Notes: generated from the sequence alone by a model not told the origin. A stretch of 64,000 nucleotides of DNA from Desulfatiglandales bacterium (GCA_963662465.1 OY759599.1:1888001-1952000); one strand, 5' to 3'; shown: positions 37,589 through 48,352, numbered from the stretch's first letter. Numbers and translations: made by a program.

Positions 37589-40249
37589 TCAACCTAAAAT
37601 TACACTCAGTGCGGCTTTGACCTTGTCAGGCGCCGCGGGCAAATCGGTTATCCACACGCCGCAGGCGTTATGGATGGCGTTAATCACCGCCGGCGCCGTG
37701 GGCACCATGGTCATTTCACCCACTCCTACCGCGCCATTGGGTCCGCGGTTTCGAGGGGTTTGCAAGAGAATCGTTTCCATATCAAAGGCGGTTTTCATGC
37801 TGGGAAACTTGAAGGTCACCCAATCCCTGGTCTGCCCGGCAATGTATTGCTCCCGAAGGGCATACCCCACCCCCATATCCATACCGCCGTGGAGCTGACC
37901 TTCCACGTTTTGAGGGTTGATCAGTACGCCTGCATCGCAGGCGGTGGTCATTTTAAGGATTCGCACTTGACCGTTTTCAGCGTTCACTTCCAACTCGGCC
38001 AGTTGGATGGCGTGGACCTGGGAATCGAAGGAGGGACCTTGCCCGGTCTTCTCGTCCAAAGGACCGCTGGCTGTGGCCTTTTTCCGGCCCATATACCGAA
38101 CCGGCCGATGGGCCTTCTTAAGGTCCGCGCCCGTCTCGGCCCCCACTTGGGCCATGACGGTTTTCAGCTGGTTGACGGCATCTACAAGAGCGCCACCCAC
38201 CATGAACGTCAAGCGGCTCCCGGCGGCCGGTCCCGTGGCGGTGGTCCGATCCGTATCCCGGGTGACCAGACGCACCTTGTCCAGGGGCAGGTTCATGTTC
38301 TTAGCCGCCAACTGCGTCAGCATGGCATCGGTACCTTCCCCCGGGTCAGCCGCGGCGGCAAAAATGGTGACGCCACCGTCATCGTCCAGTTCCAGTGCGA
38401 CAACGGCACTGTCTCCGGGACTGCCGATGCCGAATGCACCCGCGGCCAACCCCACACCGCGACAAATGGGCCCATCCCTGAAACCTGACGCTTCCCTTAA
38501 AGCGCGTTCGTAATGGGGACGAACCGCATCGCATAATTCCGGAAACGGCCATTGGTCCACTCTCTGACCTGTGGATTTGCACTGGCCCGGTTTAAGAGAA
38601 TTGATTTTTCTAAATGCCAATGGGTCAACGCCCAGCTTGTGGGCCAGCATGTCCATGGCGCATTCCAGGGCGAAATGCGCCTGAGGGGGACCGGCGCCCC
38701 GGGCGGCGCTTCCCCATGGATTGTTGGTGTAAACCAGCCGGCTTCGGCAGTGGACATTGGGGATGAGGTAGGAACCGGACAGCATCAGCACGGCCCGATT
38801 GACAACCGCATTTCCATTTGAGTGATAAGCCCCGTTGTCCACCACCATGTCCATATCCAGAGCCGTCAGGCGGTTTTTATCATCTGCGCCCATTTTGACT
38901 TTCATATCAAAAGGATGACGCTTGGAGGACATCTCCATGGATTCCACCAGGCTGGGGATATAGCGCACCGGTTTCCGGAAATGGATTGCCGCAGCAGCCG
39001 CTATGCCTTCGGAAGTGATTTCGAGCTTGATGCCGAATTGCCCGCCTGAAAACGCCTCTTCATACCGCATATTTTCCCAGCCCACCGCTTCCTGGAGCAT
39101 ACTCAGATGATGGTGGATGTTGATGCTTCGGCCGATGACCACCAGTTGTGCTTCATCGCCCTCCCCTTCCAGATACGCCGCGCAGGCTTCGGGCTCCAGC
39201 GGCGCCTGATGATTAATTTGGGTCTTGAAACGCGCTTCGATAATGGCATGGGAATGGGCCAGGGCCGTTTTACTGTCGCCCTTATCATGGAACTGACTGA
39301 AACACAGGTTGGGCCACTGGTCATGGAGTTGAATGGCATCAGGGGCCATGGCCTCCCTGGGATCGGACAAAACCGGCAACAATTCATACGCGACGCTGAT
39401 TTTATCCAGGGCGGCAACCGCCTGTTCCCGGGTTTCGGCCGCGAGTACGGCTACGGGATCACCCACGTAGCGAACCCTGTCCTTGCAGAGTACCGGACGA
39501 TCGGGGATTGCATATTTCAGCCGGTTTGTTCCCTTGATATCATCGGCGGTCATGACGCCCACGACACCCGGTTGTTCCAGGGCGGCGGAAAAGTCCACGG
39601 ATAGAATTCCGGCGTGGGGGTGGGAACTGCGCAGGACCGCCAGTTCCAAAGCGCCGGGAATGCGAATATCCGCAGTAAACTGAGCGGCGCCGCAGGCCTT
39701 CATCATGGCCGATGGGCGCGGATGATTCACGCCGATGGGCGCGGCGTCGGCCTGGGGACGAACTGCGTCCGGCGTCATTTCGCCGCGTTTGAAACGGGCC
39801 GCCAACCGAACGGCATCGATAATACTGGTGTATCCCGTGCAACGGCACAGGTTTCGGCGCAGGGCCTTTTTTATGTCATCCCGGCTGGGATCCGGGTTTT
39901 GATCCAGAAGCACTTTGGCCGCCATAATCATGCCCGGCGTGCAAAAACCGCATTGGACGGCGCCCGCCAACACGAATGCTTCCTGAATCAAGTGGGGATT
40001 GTCAGGCGTTCCCAACCCTTCAATGGTAATGACTTCAGCGCCATGCAAACCAGCCACTTTGGTCAGGCAGGATAAAACCGCCTTTCCATTAACAATAACC
40101 GTGCAGGCGCCGCATTGCCCCTTGCGATCGCAAGACTGTTTGGTTCCGGTTAACCCCAGAATATCGCGGAGGAGATCCAGCAGAACCAGTTTGGCGTCGG
40201 CGATCACCTGAACCGCGCAACCATTGACATTGAGGTTAACTTTTTTCAT
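37589..40249 (-). CDS. Molybdopterin-dependent aldehyde oxidoreductase (Mop-like, 2x[2Fe-2S]+Mo single chain)
   Basis: CDRKGQCGAC, QCGFCTPG, NLCRCTGY, GGQFGIK, ARGAG.PQ, AAGSR, GVGE. Confidence 0.92.
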   Translation of the reverse strand: MKKVNLNVNGCAVQVIADAKLVLLDLLRDILGLTGTKQSCDRKGQCGACTVIVNGKAVLSCLTKVAGLHGAEVITIEGLGTPDNPHLIQEAFVLAGAVQCGFCTPGMIMAAKVLLDQNPDPSRDDIKKALRRNLCRCTGYTSIIDAVRLAARFKRGEMTPDAVRPQADAAPIGVNHPRPSAMMKACGAAQFTADIRIPGALELAVLRSSHPHAGILSVDFSAALEQPGVVGVMTADDIKGTNRLKYAIPDRPVLCKDRVRYVGDPVAVLAAETREQAVAALDKISVAYELLPVLSDPREAMAPDAIQLHDQWPNLCFSQFHDKGDSKTALAHSHAIIEARFKTQINHQAPLEPEACAAYLEGEGDEAQLVVIGRSINIHHHLSMLQEAVGWENMRYEEAFSGGQFGIKLEITSEGIAAAAAIHFRKPVRYIPSLVESMEMSSKRHPFDMKVKMGADDKNRLTALDMDMVVDNGAYHSNGNAVVNRAVLMLSGSYLIPNVHCRSRLVYTNNPWGSAARGAGPPQAHFALECAMDMLAHKLGVDPLAFRKINSLKPGQCKSTGQRVDQWPFPELCDAVRPHYERALREASGFRDGPICRGVGLAAGAFGIGSPGDSAVVALELDDDGGVTIFAAAADPGEGTDAMLTQLAAKNMNLPLDKVRLVTRDTDRTTATGPAAGSRLTFMVGGALVDAVNQLKTVMAQVGAETGADLKKAHRPVRYMGRKKATASGPLDEKTGQGPSFDSQVHAIQLAELEVNAENGQVRILKMTTACDAGVLINPQNVEGQLHGGMDMGVGYALREQYIAGQTRDWVTFKFPSMKTAFDMETILLQTPRNRGPNGAVGVGEMTMVPTAPAVINAIHNACGVWITDLPAAPDKVKAALSVILG

Positions 40250-40279
40250 TTCAAATCTCGTTTTACAAAAAAGAAGATT

Positions 40280-41002
40280 TTACCATTTGAGAAAGACGCT
40301 TTCATAATCGGCATCATCAGCGGTCCGTTCCAACTCTTTTCCCAACAGATCAAATTGTTCGAAATCAAATCCACAAAACCGGGATTCCATAAAGTCCCGG
40401 TCGGCGGGACTTGTTTTCCTCAGCCATCTCACAACGGATGACCGGTTTTCGAAGCACTGGCAAGCCAAGTGGGCGGACAGATCCGCCACTCGCTTCTCCC
40501 GGTTTTCAATGGAGGTCAAATACGAATCGCGAAACACCCCGGATTCTTTCATGCGACCCAGGAGATGGGGTAAAAGCGCCTGAGTCCGGGTTTCAACAAT
40601 GGTCTGTCTTTTCAACCACTCGATGACGTCCCCCCGGTCAACGGCCATATGACCAAATTGTTCCGTAAGCGGCGTATGTCGTTTTTTGACAATGGGCTGC
40701 CGACGTCCGCGCACATGGATCAGAATCAGCCTCGGGTTCATGAGCAGATCCCCAACCAGTGCAAATTCACAATTTTCCGCGTAATTCCCCGCACAAATAA
40801 CGGCAAGTTCGTTAATGCGGGCGAGGGAAAGCCAATAAAGACTGCCTTGAACAAAGGAGGATTCATCCAGGAGATTCAACAGATGAACCAACACTTCTTC
40901 GTTCAGTTTGTGTACGGCAGCCTTTTCAGCAATCATTTGGTTAAAAGTAAGAATGAAATCCCGATGTTCAAGCAAATTGTCCGAAGCTATGTTTTGATAC
41001 AT
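40280..41002 (-). CDS. Hypothetical protein between FDH and aldehyde oxidoreductase
   Basis: 240-aa ORF tightly spaced between co-oriented genes; purine-rich RBS; no recognised motif. Confidence 0.75.
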   Translation of the reverse strand: MYQNIASDNLLEHRDFILTFNQMIAEKAAVHKLNEEVLVHLLNLLDESSFVQGSLYWLSLARINELAVICAGNYAENCEFALVGDLLMNPRLILIHVRGRRQPIVKKRHTPLTEQFGHMAVDRGDVIEWLKRQTIVETRTQALLPHLLGRMKESGVFRDSYLTSIENREKRVADLSAHLACQCFENRSSVVRWLRKTSPADRDFMESRFCGFDFEQFDLLGKELERTADDADYESVFLKW

Positions 41003-41019
41003 ACGATCCCTTTCTGATT

Positions 41020-43068
41020 TTAGATCACGGCAACATGTTTTTCCAGTTTCACCGCGCACACCTTGTAATCCGGCGTTTGGGATACGGGATCCAGAAACGA
41101 CCCGAGCAACCAGTTGGGATTGGCTTCTTCAAAATGAAAATCCATAAAAATGGAACCCTCCGGCACAATATCTCCAATTCGTACGGGAGTGACGACCTCT
41201 CCCCTTCGGGAGGTCACCTTAACGGAACCACCGTCCGCTACGCCCATCCGTTCAGCGTCTGAAAAATGCATCTGGGCCATGGGTCCGGAGAATTCACGTT
41301 CCAGAGAGGGGCATCGACCGGTCATGGTACGGGTATGATAGTGTGCATATCGTCTGCCGGTGGTCAGTATAAAGGGGTATTTTTCATCCGGAAGCTCTTC
41401 CGATGGCCGGTACGTTATAGCATGAAACAGGCCCTTTCCCCTGGCAAATCCTTTTTCATGGAGAAACTTGGTTCCGGGATGGTCCGGCGCCGGACAGGGC
41501 CACTGAATGTCCACGGCATCAATGCGATCATAGGTAATGCCCGAAAAGCTGGGGGTAAGGGATGCCATTTCCTCAAACACCTCCCTCGCGGAAGCATAGG
41601 CCATATTTTTTAGCCCCAGCCTGCGTCCGATTTCGGACAGTATCACCCAGTTGGGTCTGGCCTCCCCAGGGGGCTCCACGGCTTTTCGGATTCGCTGAAC
41701 CTTGCGCTCCGTATTGGTAAAAGTCCCTTCCACCTCAGCCCAGGCCGCGCCCGGCAGCACCACATGGGCCAGCTCGGCTGTCCGGGTAAGGAAAATGTCC
41801 TGCACCACCAGAAATTCAGCGGAGGTGAGGGCCTTTTTAACATGATGGATGTTGGGATCGCTCTCCACTGAATTTTCCCCAAAGATGTACATTCCCTTGA
41901 CGGAACCATCGATAAGCCCATCCATCATTTCAGGGATCATTTTTCCCACTTTTGAAGACAACGGCGCCTCCCAGACCCTTTGAAACTTCTCCTGGCTGGC
42001 CAAATCGGTCACCACCTGATACCCAGGGTACACATTGGGCAATGCCCCCATATCACAGGCGCCCTGAACATTGTTCTGCCCTCGAAGGGGATTAACACCG
42101 CTTGCGGGCTTTCCGATATGTCCCGTGAGCATGGCCAGATTGGCCAGGGATTTCACATTGTCAACCCCGGAGGAATGCTCCGTAATGCCAAGGGTATACA
42201 ATATTGTTGAGACATTGGCGGTAGCATAGGAACGGGCCACTTCCTTCATGACATCCATGGGTACGCCGCAGGTACTCGAAGCCTCCTCCAAGGGATATTC
42301 CAAAATGGTTTTCTCAAACGCTTCAAACCCTTCGCATCTTTCTTCGATGAATTTCCTATTGTGCCAATTGTTTTTCACAATCTCGCTCATGACGCCGTTT
42401 AAAAAAGCCACATTCGTTCCGTATTTGATTCGCACATGGATGTCGGCAAACTGGGAAAGCTGTATCTTTCGAGGATCTACAACGATCAGCTTCGCCCCTT
42501 TCAGCTTGGCGCGATAAACGCGATGAGCGATCAGGGGATGGGCCTCCGTGGTATTGGAACCGATCACGAACACGCAATCCGCATCCTGAATCTCGGGGAT
42601 GGAGTTGGTCATGGCGCCACTCCCGAATGCCGCGGCAAGACCTGCCACGGTGGGAGCATGTCAGAGCCTGGCGCAGTGATCGACATTATTGGTCCCAAAT
42701 CCGGCCCGGCAGAGCTTCTGCAGCAGATAGTTCTCCTCATTGCTGCAACGGGCGGAACTCAAAAACGCAAGGGCGTCGCCCCCATGCCTTTCACGAATGC
42801 CCGAAAGGTTGGAAACAACCGTTTCCAAAGCCTCCTCCCATGAAGTCTCCTGCAATTTCCCGTTTTTCCGAACCAGCGGCGCCGTAAGCCGGTCGGGACT
42901 GTGAACGAATTGATGCGCATTCCAGCCTTTGATGCAGAGTTTTCCTTCGTTCATTTGAGCACCTTTGAAGGGGATGGTTCCGATGAGCTTTCCATCCATC
43001 ACTTCCAGAAGCATCTGGCACCCACAACCGCAAAAAGGGCATGTGGTCCTTACAAATTTGTAGTCCAT
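41020..43068 (-). CDS. fdhF: Formate dehydrogenase alpha subunit, FdhF-like selenoprotein (Sec at TGA 42661-42663), cytoplasmic
   Basis: ORFs 42661..43068 and 41020..42648 are in frame and join as NNVDHCARL-U-HAPTVAGL; CPFCGCGC [4Fe-4S] motif, PLRGQNNVQGACD; no Tat signal. Confidence 0.93.
42619..42657 (-). promoter_or_regulatory. Bacterial SECIS element
   Basis: 3' of UGA: GCTCCC-A-CCGTGGCA-GGTCT-TGCCGCGG-CATTC-GGGAGT stem-loop with GGTCT apical loop. Confidence 0.88.
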
Positions 43069-43120
43069 AGATAATCCTCTTCCATAAAAAATTGAACAGC
43101 TCTCCAGTTAAAGCAATGCA

Positions 43121-43140
43121 CTATGTCATATAAGACATAT
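43121..43140. promoter_or_regulatory. ModE-type operator, fdh-proximal
   Basis: CTATGTC-ATATAA-GACATAT palindrome in the fdh/modE divergent region. Confidence 0.75.
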
Positions 43141-43298
43141 TATTCCGCAAATGCATTCTATGCCCTTGTTGCTCTCCAAAAATCCATTAAGACCCAGGTT
43201 TTAATTATGTTTTATATATTTTATTTCTTATGGTCTGTTTTTCAGAAATAAAACAATTCAGACGGATTGCTTTCATGGGGCTATATCAAAACCCATTC

Positions 43299-43320
43299 GC
43301 TATGTCAACAGAGACATAGC
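43299..43320. promoter_or_regulatory. ModE-type operator, modE-proximal
   Basis: Perfect GCTATGTC-AACAGA-GACATAGC palindrome with the same 6-bp spacer as the first site. Confidence 0.8.
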
Positions 43321-43384
43321 AATGGCGATTGAAATTCTCCCTTTTCAGTTGCGGCATTTCAGCGTATGTGCTAAAAGACCTCCC

Positions 43385-43756
43385 ATGCAGCAAACAGAAC
43401 CATTTCATATTCGATCAAAAATCTGGATTGAGGATGAATCAGGAAATGTGGTGTTTGGCCTCGGCAGGCTGAAAATCCTTGATGCCGTGGACCGACTGGG
43501 GTCGATCCAGGGCGCCGCCAAGGAATTGAAGATGAGTTACAGGGCAATCTGGGGCAGGATCAAAGCAACGGAGGAGAGACTCAACCGTCCGCTGCTCATT
43601 CGAAACATCGGGGGACGCACCGGCGGGGGGTCCCAGTTGACCCCTTTTGCATTAGATCTCCTGATACACTTCCGGCATCTTCACCACCGGATCATCACCC
43701 TGTCCGATTCAGAGTTCAAAAAAACCATGGCGTCCTATTTCGGGGAAAACAAATGA
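43385..43756 (+). CDS. modE: ModE-family regulator (winged-HTH only, no TOBE domains)
   Basis: FGLGR.KIL.A....GSI..AAKEL.MSYR..WG.I, GG..GGGS.LT. Confidence 0.85.
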   Translation: MQQTEPFHIRSKIWIEDESGNVVFGLGRLKILDAVDRLGSIQGAAKELKMSYRAIWGRIKATEERLNRPLLIRNIGGRTGGGSQLTPFALDLLIHFRHLHHRIITLSDSEFKKTMASYFGENK

Positions 43757-43968
43757 TCCTTATAGTGAGCATCAGGTGGTAAGACGGCTTTACGTCGAGG
43801 ATACGGCAAACCGAAAATTTTAGAGCTGAACTTCTTGGAAAACGATAATCACCGAAAGCCCCTTGGCAGGGAACACGACTGCCACCGCCATTCAGATACA
43901 GCCTTTGCTCGGTCCTTTTCATACATAACTTTCACCTTGGCAAGATGGTCTTGCAAACTGAGTCACCC

Positions 43969-45012
43969 ATGACCGACATCCAACTTTGTTCCGGAAAGAA
44001 TGAGTGGGATGCCTACGTGTCTCAACATAATCATAGCTCTTTTTCCCATCTTCATGGCTGGGGGGAAACCCTGGCATCCGTCTATGATTTGCAACTATTT
44101 CGCCTGGCTGCCCGGGACCGGGAAAAACAAAATAAAATTGTGGGTGTCCTGCCCCTGATTTTATTTCCCGCACCCGGGCAGGATCCCCGACTTATTTCGC
44201 TGCCCTATAGTGATGCCGCGGGAATTATTGCACAAGATGCCCCAACTCAGGAGAAATTGCTGCTGGCGGGGCTGAAGCTTGCACAAGATCTTGGCGCGAT
44301 TCACCTGGAGCTTCGCCAGTCAGGGGACCTGGCCATTCCCAGGACAAAGCCCCCTGTGGTCCATACTCCGAATACCTTTAAAGTCGGATTAAGCCGCGAT
44401 TTGCCGGATTCCGTGGAAGCACTCTGGCAAAAGATTGGACCAAAAATCAGAAATCAGGTACGCAAAGCAAAAAAAAACGGGGGGAAGGTCATTATTGGCG
44501 GGTCAGAGCTCCTGCCTCAATTTTATGCTGTTTTTTCAGAAAATATGCGGGATCTTGGATCACCGGTCCATGACAGGATGCTTTTTGACCGGATGGCCCG
44601 TCACCTGCCCGAGCAGTTGAAAATTTTACTGGTAACCATCAAGGATCTCCCGGTTGCAACGGCCATGGTTTTTTTCCATAACAAGGCCCTGTTTAACCCC
44701 TGGGCGTCTTCACTGAGACGATTCAGGCCTGACTGCCCCAATATGTTGCTCTACTGGCGTATGCTGTCCTATGCACTTGAGAAAGGATGCCAACGGTTTG
44801 ACTTTGGCCGTTCCTCCCCCCATGCTTCCACCTGCCGGTTTAAATGTCAATGGGGGGCTAAACAGCAACCTTTGACCTGGCACGTTTTTTCACTGGCACA
44901 TCCCCCATGGAAGCCTGAAGGTGAAACCCTTGTGAATGAGAAATGGAAAAGCCTGACGGTTGAGGCATCACAAACCTTTGGTCCATCCATCCGGCGATGG
45001 ATCAGCCTTTAA
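43969..45012 (+). CDS. FemAB-like GNAT protein (XrtA/PEP-CTERM-associated type)
   Basis: LISLPY, K.RNQVRKA, F..NMRDLGSPV, PNMLLYW, FDFGRS, FK.QWGA. Confidence 0.85.
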   Translation: MTDIQLCSGKNEWDAYVSQHNHSSFSHLHGWGETLASVYDLQLFRLAARDREKQNKIVGVLPLILFPAPGQDPRLISLPYSDAAGIIAQDAPTQEKLLLAGLKLAQDLGAIHLELRQSGDLAIPRTKPPVVHTPNTFKVGLSRDLPDSVEALWQKIGPKIRNQVRKAKKNGGKVIIGGSELLPQFYAVFSENMRDLGSPVHDRMLFDRMARHLPEQLKILLVTIKDLPVATAMVFFHNKALFNPWASSLRRFRPDCPNMLLYWRMLSYALEKGCQRFDFGRSSPHASTCRFKCQWGAKQQPLTWHVFSLAHPPWKPEGETLVNEKWKSLTVEASQTFGPSIRRWISL

Positions 45013-45017
45013 GGTTT

Positions 45018-46178
45018 ATGATGACCGATATTCAACATGGGAATATCAAGATTACACTGCCCATGCCGGTTTTCCTGGTCATTGAAGACGTCGGCTGGTG
45101 GCAGGGCGTTGACGGATCATCTTATCAGGAACCCTTTCGTAACAATTTGAAAAGGCGCCATTGCATAGAGGATTATCAGGCACTCGCCCATCTGGCCAAA
45201 CGGCTTTCCATGAAAATTGCCCTTGGCATGGTGATGTGTGAATGGGACCGGACAGACTTCTTAAAAAATATCCCCGGCGCCACCTGGATGGGGAAGGCCT
45301 GGAACAATCAGAAAAACACAGGGCCGCAACTGGATCAGGTTTCTGAGTATTTAAACGCCCATGGCCACCTGTTTGAGATTGCCCTGCATGGGGTTGGGCA
45401 TGAATTCTGGAAGGGTGGGCAGATGGAACGATCAGAGTTCCATGACAGTAACGGAAACATGAGATCGAAAAATTGTATTATCCGTCATCTTGAAGCATTT
45501 GAACGGCTGCTTGAACAAAATCATATTCTATCTTTTCCGCGATTATTTATTCCCCCCGCCTTGAATCACAGCTTTGGCGACGGCTCGATCCAGGCCTTGC
45601 TCAAACGCTTTGGCATCGATTATGTAACAACAAAATTTTGTCGGTCCCGTCAGTTTTCAGCGCCCAAACACCCTAAACTGACCTGGGAATCCGGTGTGAT
45701 GCTTCTGGAGAGGGGAGACGCTTTGGCGGCATGGAACAAGGTGGCAAGTTCACCTGCCTGGAATGGACCCCAGCCGATCCTGCCACTTCATTGGGGCAAC
45801 CTTCTGCATTCTCAGCCGGAACGAAATTTTGAAATTGTCGACCTATGGGCAGATATGCTGCTCTCAAAAACATCCGGCCCGGATTTTATTTTGGCAGAAG
45901 ACGCAGCCGCCTGCTGGCGGCAAGCGGCTGTCCACTATCTGGCAAAAATTAAAACCGGAAACAACCGGATCCTCATCGATCTGAACGCTCTGCCAAAGCT
46001 TTCATCGATCTCTGGTGCTTTTTCCATAACCATACAGGGGAGGCACGATTTGTTCCGGCAGGCCGGCAACGCAAAAATTCTGGAGCAAAAAAAGGCATCA
46101 GAAGACCTGGTCACACTGAAACTGCTTCCCGAAGAAGGGAAAAAAGAAATTGTCATTTTCCCGGCAGATTCCCATTAA
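45018..46178 (+). CDS. Hypothetical protein, possibly polysaccharide deacetylase-like fold
   Basis: LVIEDVGW, EIALHGVGHE and FIPP resemble NodB/CE4-type metal motifs. Confidence 0.55.
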   Translation: MMTDIQHGNIKITLPMPVFLVIEDVGWWQGVDGSSYQEPFRNNLKRRHCIEDYQALAHLAKRLSMKIALGMVMCEWDRTDFLKNIPGATWMGKAWNNQKNTGPQLDQVSEYLNAHGHLFEIALHGVGHEFWKGGQMERSEFHDSNGNMRSKNCIIRHLEAFERLLEQNHILSFPRLFIPPALNHSFGDGSIQALLKRFGIDYVTTKFCRSRQFSAPKHPKLTWESGVMLLERGDALAAWNKVASSPAWNGPQPILPLHWGNLLHSQPERNFEIVDLWADMLLSKTSGPDFILAEDAAACWRQAAVHYLAKIKTGNNRILIDLNALPKLSSISGAFSITIQGRHDLFRQAGNAKILEQKKASEDLVTLKLLPEEGKKEIVIFPADSH

Positions 46179-46267
46179 TCCAGCCCAACCAACGTCTAAT
46201 GCATCTTTGTCCGGCGCAAGGGTCGAAACGTATTTAATTTTACGGGCGCCTGTGATATCCTTTGGCC

Positions 46268-47500
46268 ATGAGAATTCTTCACATTATCAGTCAGTCACCG
46301 GATTTTACCGGCAGTGGAAAATATATCCGGGAGATTATCCGGCAAAGCACAAAAAATGGTCATGATAATTTTTTATTGGCAGGGGCCCAGGCTGATTTTA
46401 CCATATCTTCCTCATTAATCCCCCGGGACCATACTCTCTTTGTCCGGTTTGACGGCATGGACCTTGATTTTCCCATTCCGGGAATGAGCGATATCATGCC
46501 CTATTCGAGCAGCTTGTTCTCACGGCTTGATGACAACCATCTGTCAGCATACAAACTGGCCTTTGGGAAAAAAATCAAGCAGGCCATAGACCGGTTCAAT
46601 CCTGATTTGATTCACACACATCACCTGTGGATTGTTTCAGCGCTTACAAGACAAATAACCCAAAACATCCCCATGGTGACAACCTGTCATGGGACCTGTC
46701 TACGCCAGCATCACAATTGTCCGGATATCAGCAAAAAGATTCTTTTAGACCTTCAAGGAATTGACAAGGTCATTGCCTTGAGCTGTGATCAAAAACAATT
46801 GATCGTCAGTGCCTTGTCCATTGATCCCCAAAAAATATCGATTATCAGCGGCGGTTATAATAAAGATTGTTTTTACAGTGAACCCAAGCCTTTTGACGGT
46901 ACAGTGGAACTGCTCTACGCAGGAAAAATCAGTGCATCAAAGGGCGTGCCCTGGCTGTTGAAAAGTCTGTATCTGATTCGAGAACTGCCTTTCAGGCTGC
47001 ACCTGGCGGGCAATGCCAATGAGGAGGAAAAACAGATTTGCCTGTCTCTGGCGGATCGTCTGGGTTCAAAAGCCCTCTACCATGGGGCCTTGAGCCATGA
47101 AAAATTAAGTGATTTAATGAGAAAGGCGCATATTTTTATTTTACCCTCTTTTTTTGAGGGACTGCCCCTGGTACTCATGGAGGCCCTGGCATGCGGCTGC
47201 CGAATTATCACCACCGCCCTTCCAGGCGTTCATGAGATCTTTAAAACAGATCATCCGGGAATGGTCCAGCTGGTTAAACTGCCAAGACTTGAAACCATTG
47301 ATAAACCATTTAAACAAGACGAGATGTCCATGGAAACGCTACTTTCAATTACCATGGCGGAATTGATATCCCTGGTTGAAGAACACCCCCAGCCGGATAT
47401 GGCATATGTTCAATCGAATTCATCTAATTTTACATGGGAAAAAATCTTTTTGAAAATTGCGGGTGTCTATGGGGAGTTGTCCGGAAAAACAATGCCATAA
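46268..47500 (+). CDS. Glycosyltransferase family 4
   Basis: DLIHTHH, TCHGT, YAGKI...KG, LPSFFEGLPLVLMEALACG. Confidence 0.92.
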   Translation: MRILHIISQSPDFTGSGKYIREIIRQSTKNGHDNFLLAGAQADFTISSSLIPRDHTLFVRFDGMDLDFPIPGMSDIMPYSSSLFSRLDDNHLSAYKLAFGKKIKQAIDRFNPDLIHTHHLWIVSALTRQITQNIPMVTTCHGTCLRQHHNCPDISKKILLDLQGIDKVIALSCDQKQLIVSALSIDPQKISIISGGYNKDCFYSEPKPFDGTVELLYAGKISASKGVPWLLKSLYLIRELPFRLHLAGNANEEEKQICLSLADRLGSKALYHGALSHEKLSDLMRKAHIFILPSFFEGLPLVLMEALACGCRIITTALPGVHEIFKTDHPGMVQLVKLPRLETIDKPFKQDEMSMETLLSITMAELISLVEEHPQPDMAYVQSNSSNFTWEKIFLKIAGVYGELSGKTMP

Positions 47501-47536
47501 ATCGATTCAATCTAAAGGAATGCCCCCCTGCCTATG

Positions 47537-48352
47537 CTAAAGATGGACTGCAATGGCTGCAATATCATCATGACATTTGAACCTGGGGTATCGCCTGATA
47601 TCAGGGTCCTGTGATTCAATTTTCCGGATGCTTTCCTTAACTCCGGTCAACCCCTCCTCTTGGAATTTTTGGGCAAGGAGGTCAAAGGATTTTTTTTGTG
47701 CAGGCGTTGTTGAGGGCAGTTGCAGTCCGTCTGTGAACAATAAGATGCTGGCGACATCTTCAAGGGATTCAAATCCATTTTGTGTAAAATTAAGCGCCTC
47801 TGGTTCTCCGTTGAGAACACCGTAAGACCGATTCATCTGGAACCTGACTTTTTTAATCTGATCTTTCATTGCAGCATTAAATTTAAAGTTTTCTGCTTTG
47901 AGCATTGTCAGGGTTTCATAATCATGATCCTTCCGGTCTGCTAAAACTCTGAAAGATCCATCATTATAAAACAAAAGAATTTGAGCATCTCCAGTTTGAA
48001 ACCATTCAAGCGCTTCTTCAATTCTTATGACCGCGGCACTGGTGCTCCATAAATTGTGGCGGTGTTCCATATCAAGGTTCTGACTGATCATTTTTGTCCG
48101 GATGGCTTGATTTGCCCGGATGCCCAATTGATCCAGTGAAAAATGATTTTTCGAAAACTCATGGCTGGCGGTTTGGGCTGCAATCATTCCACCGGTTTGC
48201 CCTCCCTCAAAGGCATGGGTGTCAAGGCTTGTGGCGCCGTCAAAAACACCGAAAAGGTTGTCAGCGATTACCAGGCTATCTTCATTAAGTTGTCCGGATC
48301 CCTTTTCAAGGATATGCTCTATTTTTATCTTGTAATTTATTTTTATTCCCAT
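47537..48352 (-). CDS. PP2C-like metal-dependent phosphatase
   Basis: NED, GVFDGAT, TGD, LFTDG, DDIAAI. Confidence 0.85.
   Translation of the reverse strand: MGIKINYKIKIEHILEKGSGQLNEDSLVIADNLFGVFDGATSLDTHAFEGGQTGGMIAAQTASHEFSKNHFSLDQLGIRANQAIRTKMISQNLDMEHRHNLWSTSAAVIRIEEALEWFQTGDAQILLFYNDGSFRVLADRKDHDYETLTMLKAENFKFNAAMKDQIKKVRFQMNRSYGVLNGEPEALNFTQNGFESLEDVASILLFTDGLQLPSTTPAQKKSFDLLAQKFQEEGLTGVKESIRKIESQDPDIRRYPRFKCHDDIAAIAVHL

Noticed and set aside
43800..43890. c-di-GMP-I riboswitch suggested by GGCAAACC-GAAA
   Set aside because: Lacks the GACGCAAAGC segment and the P2/P3 pairing
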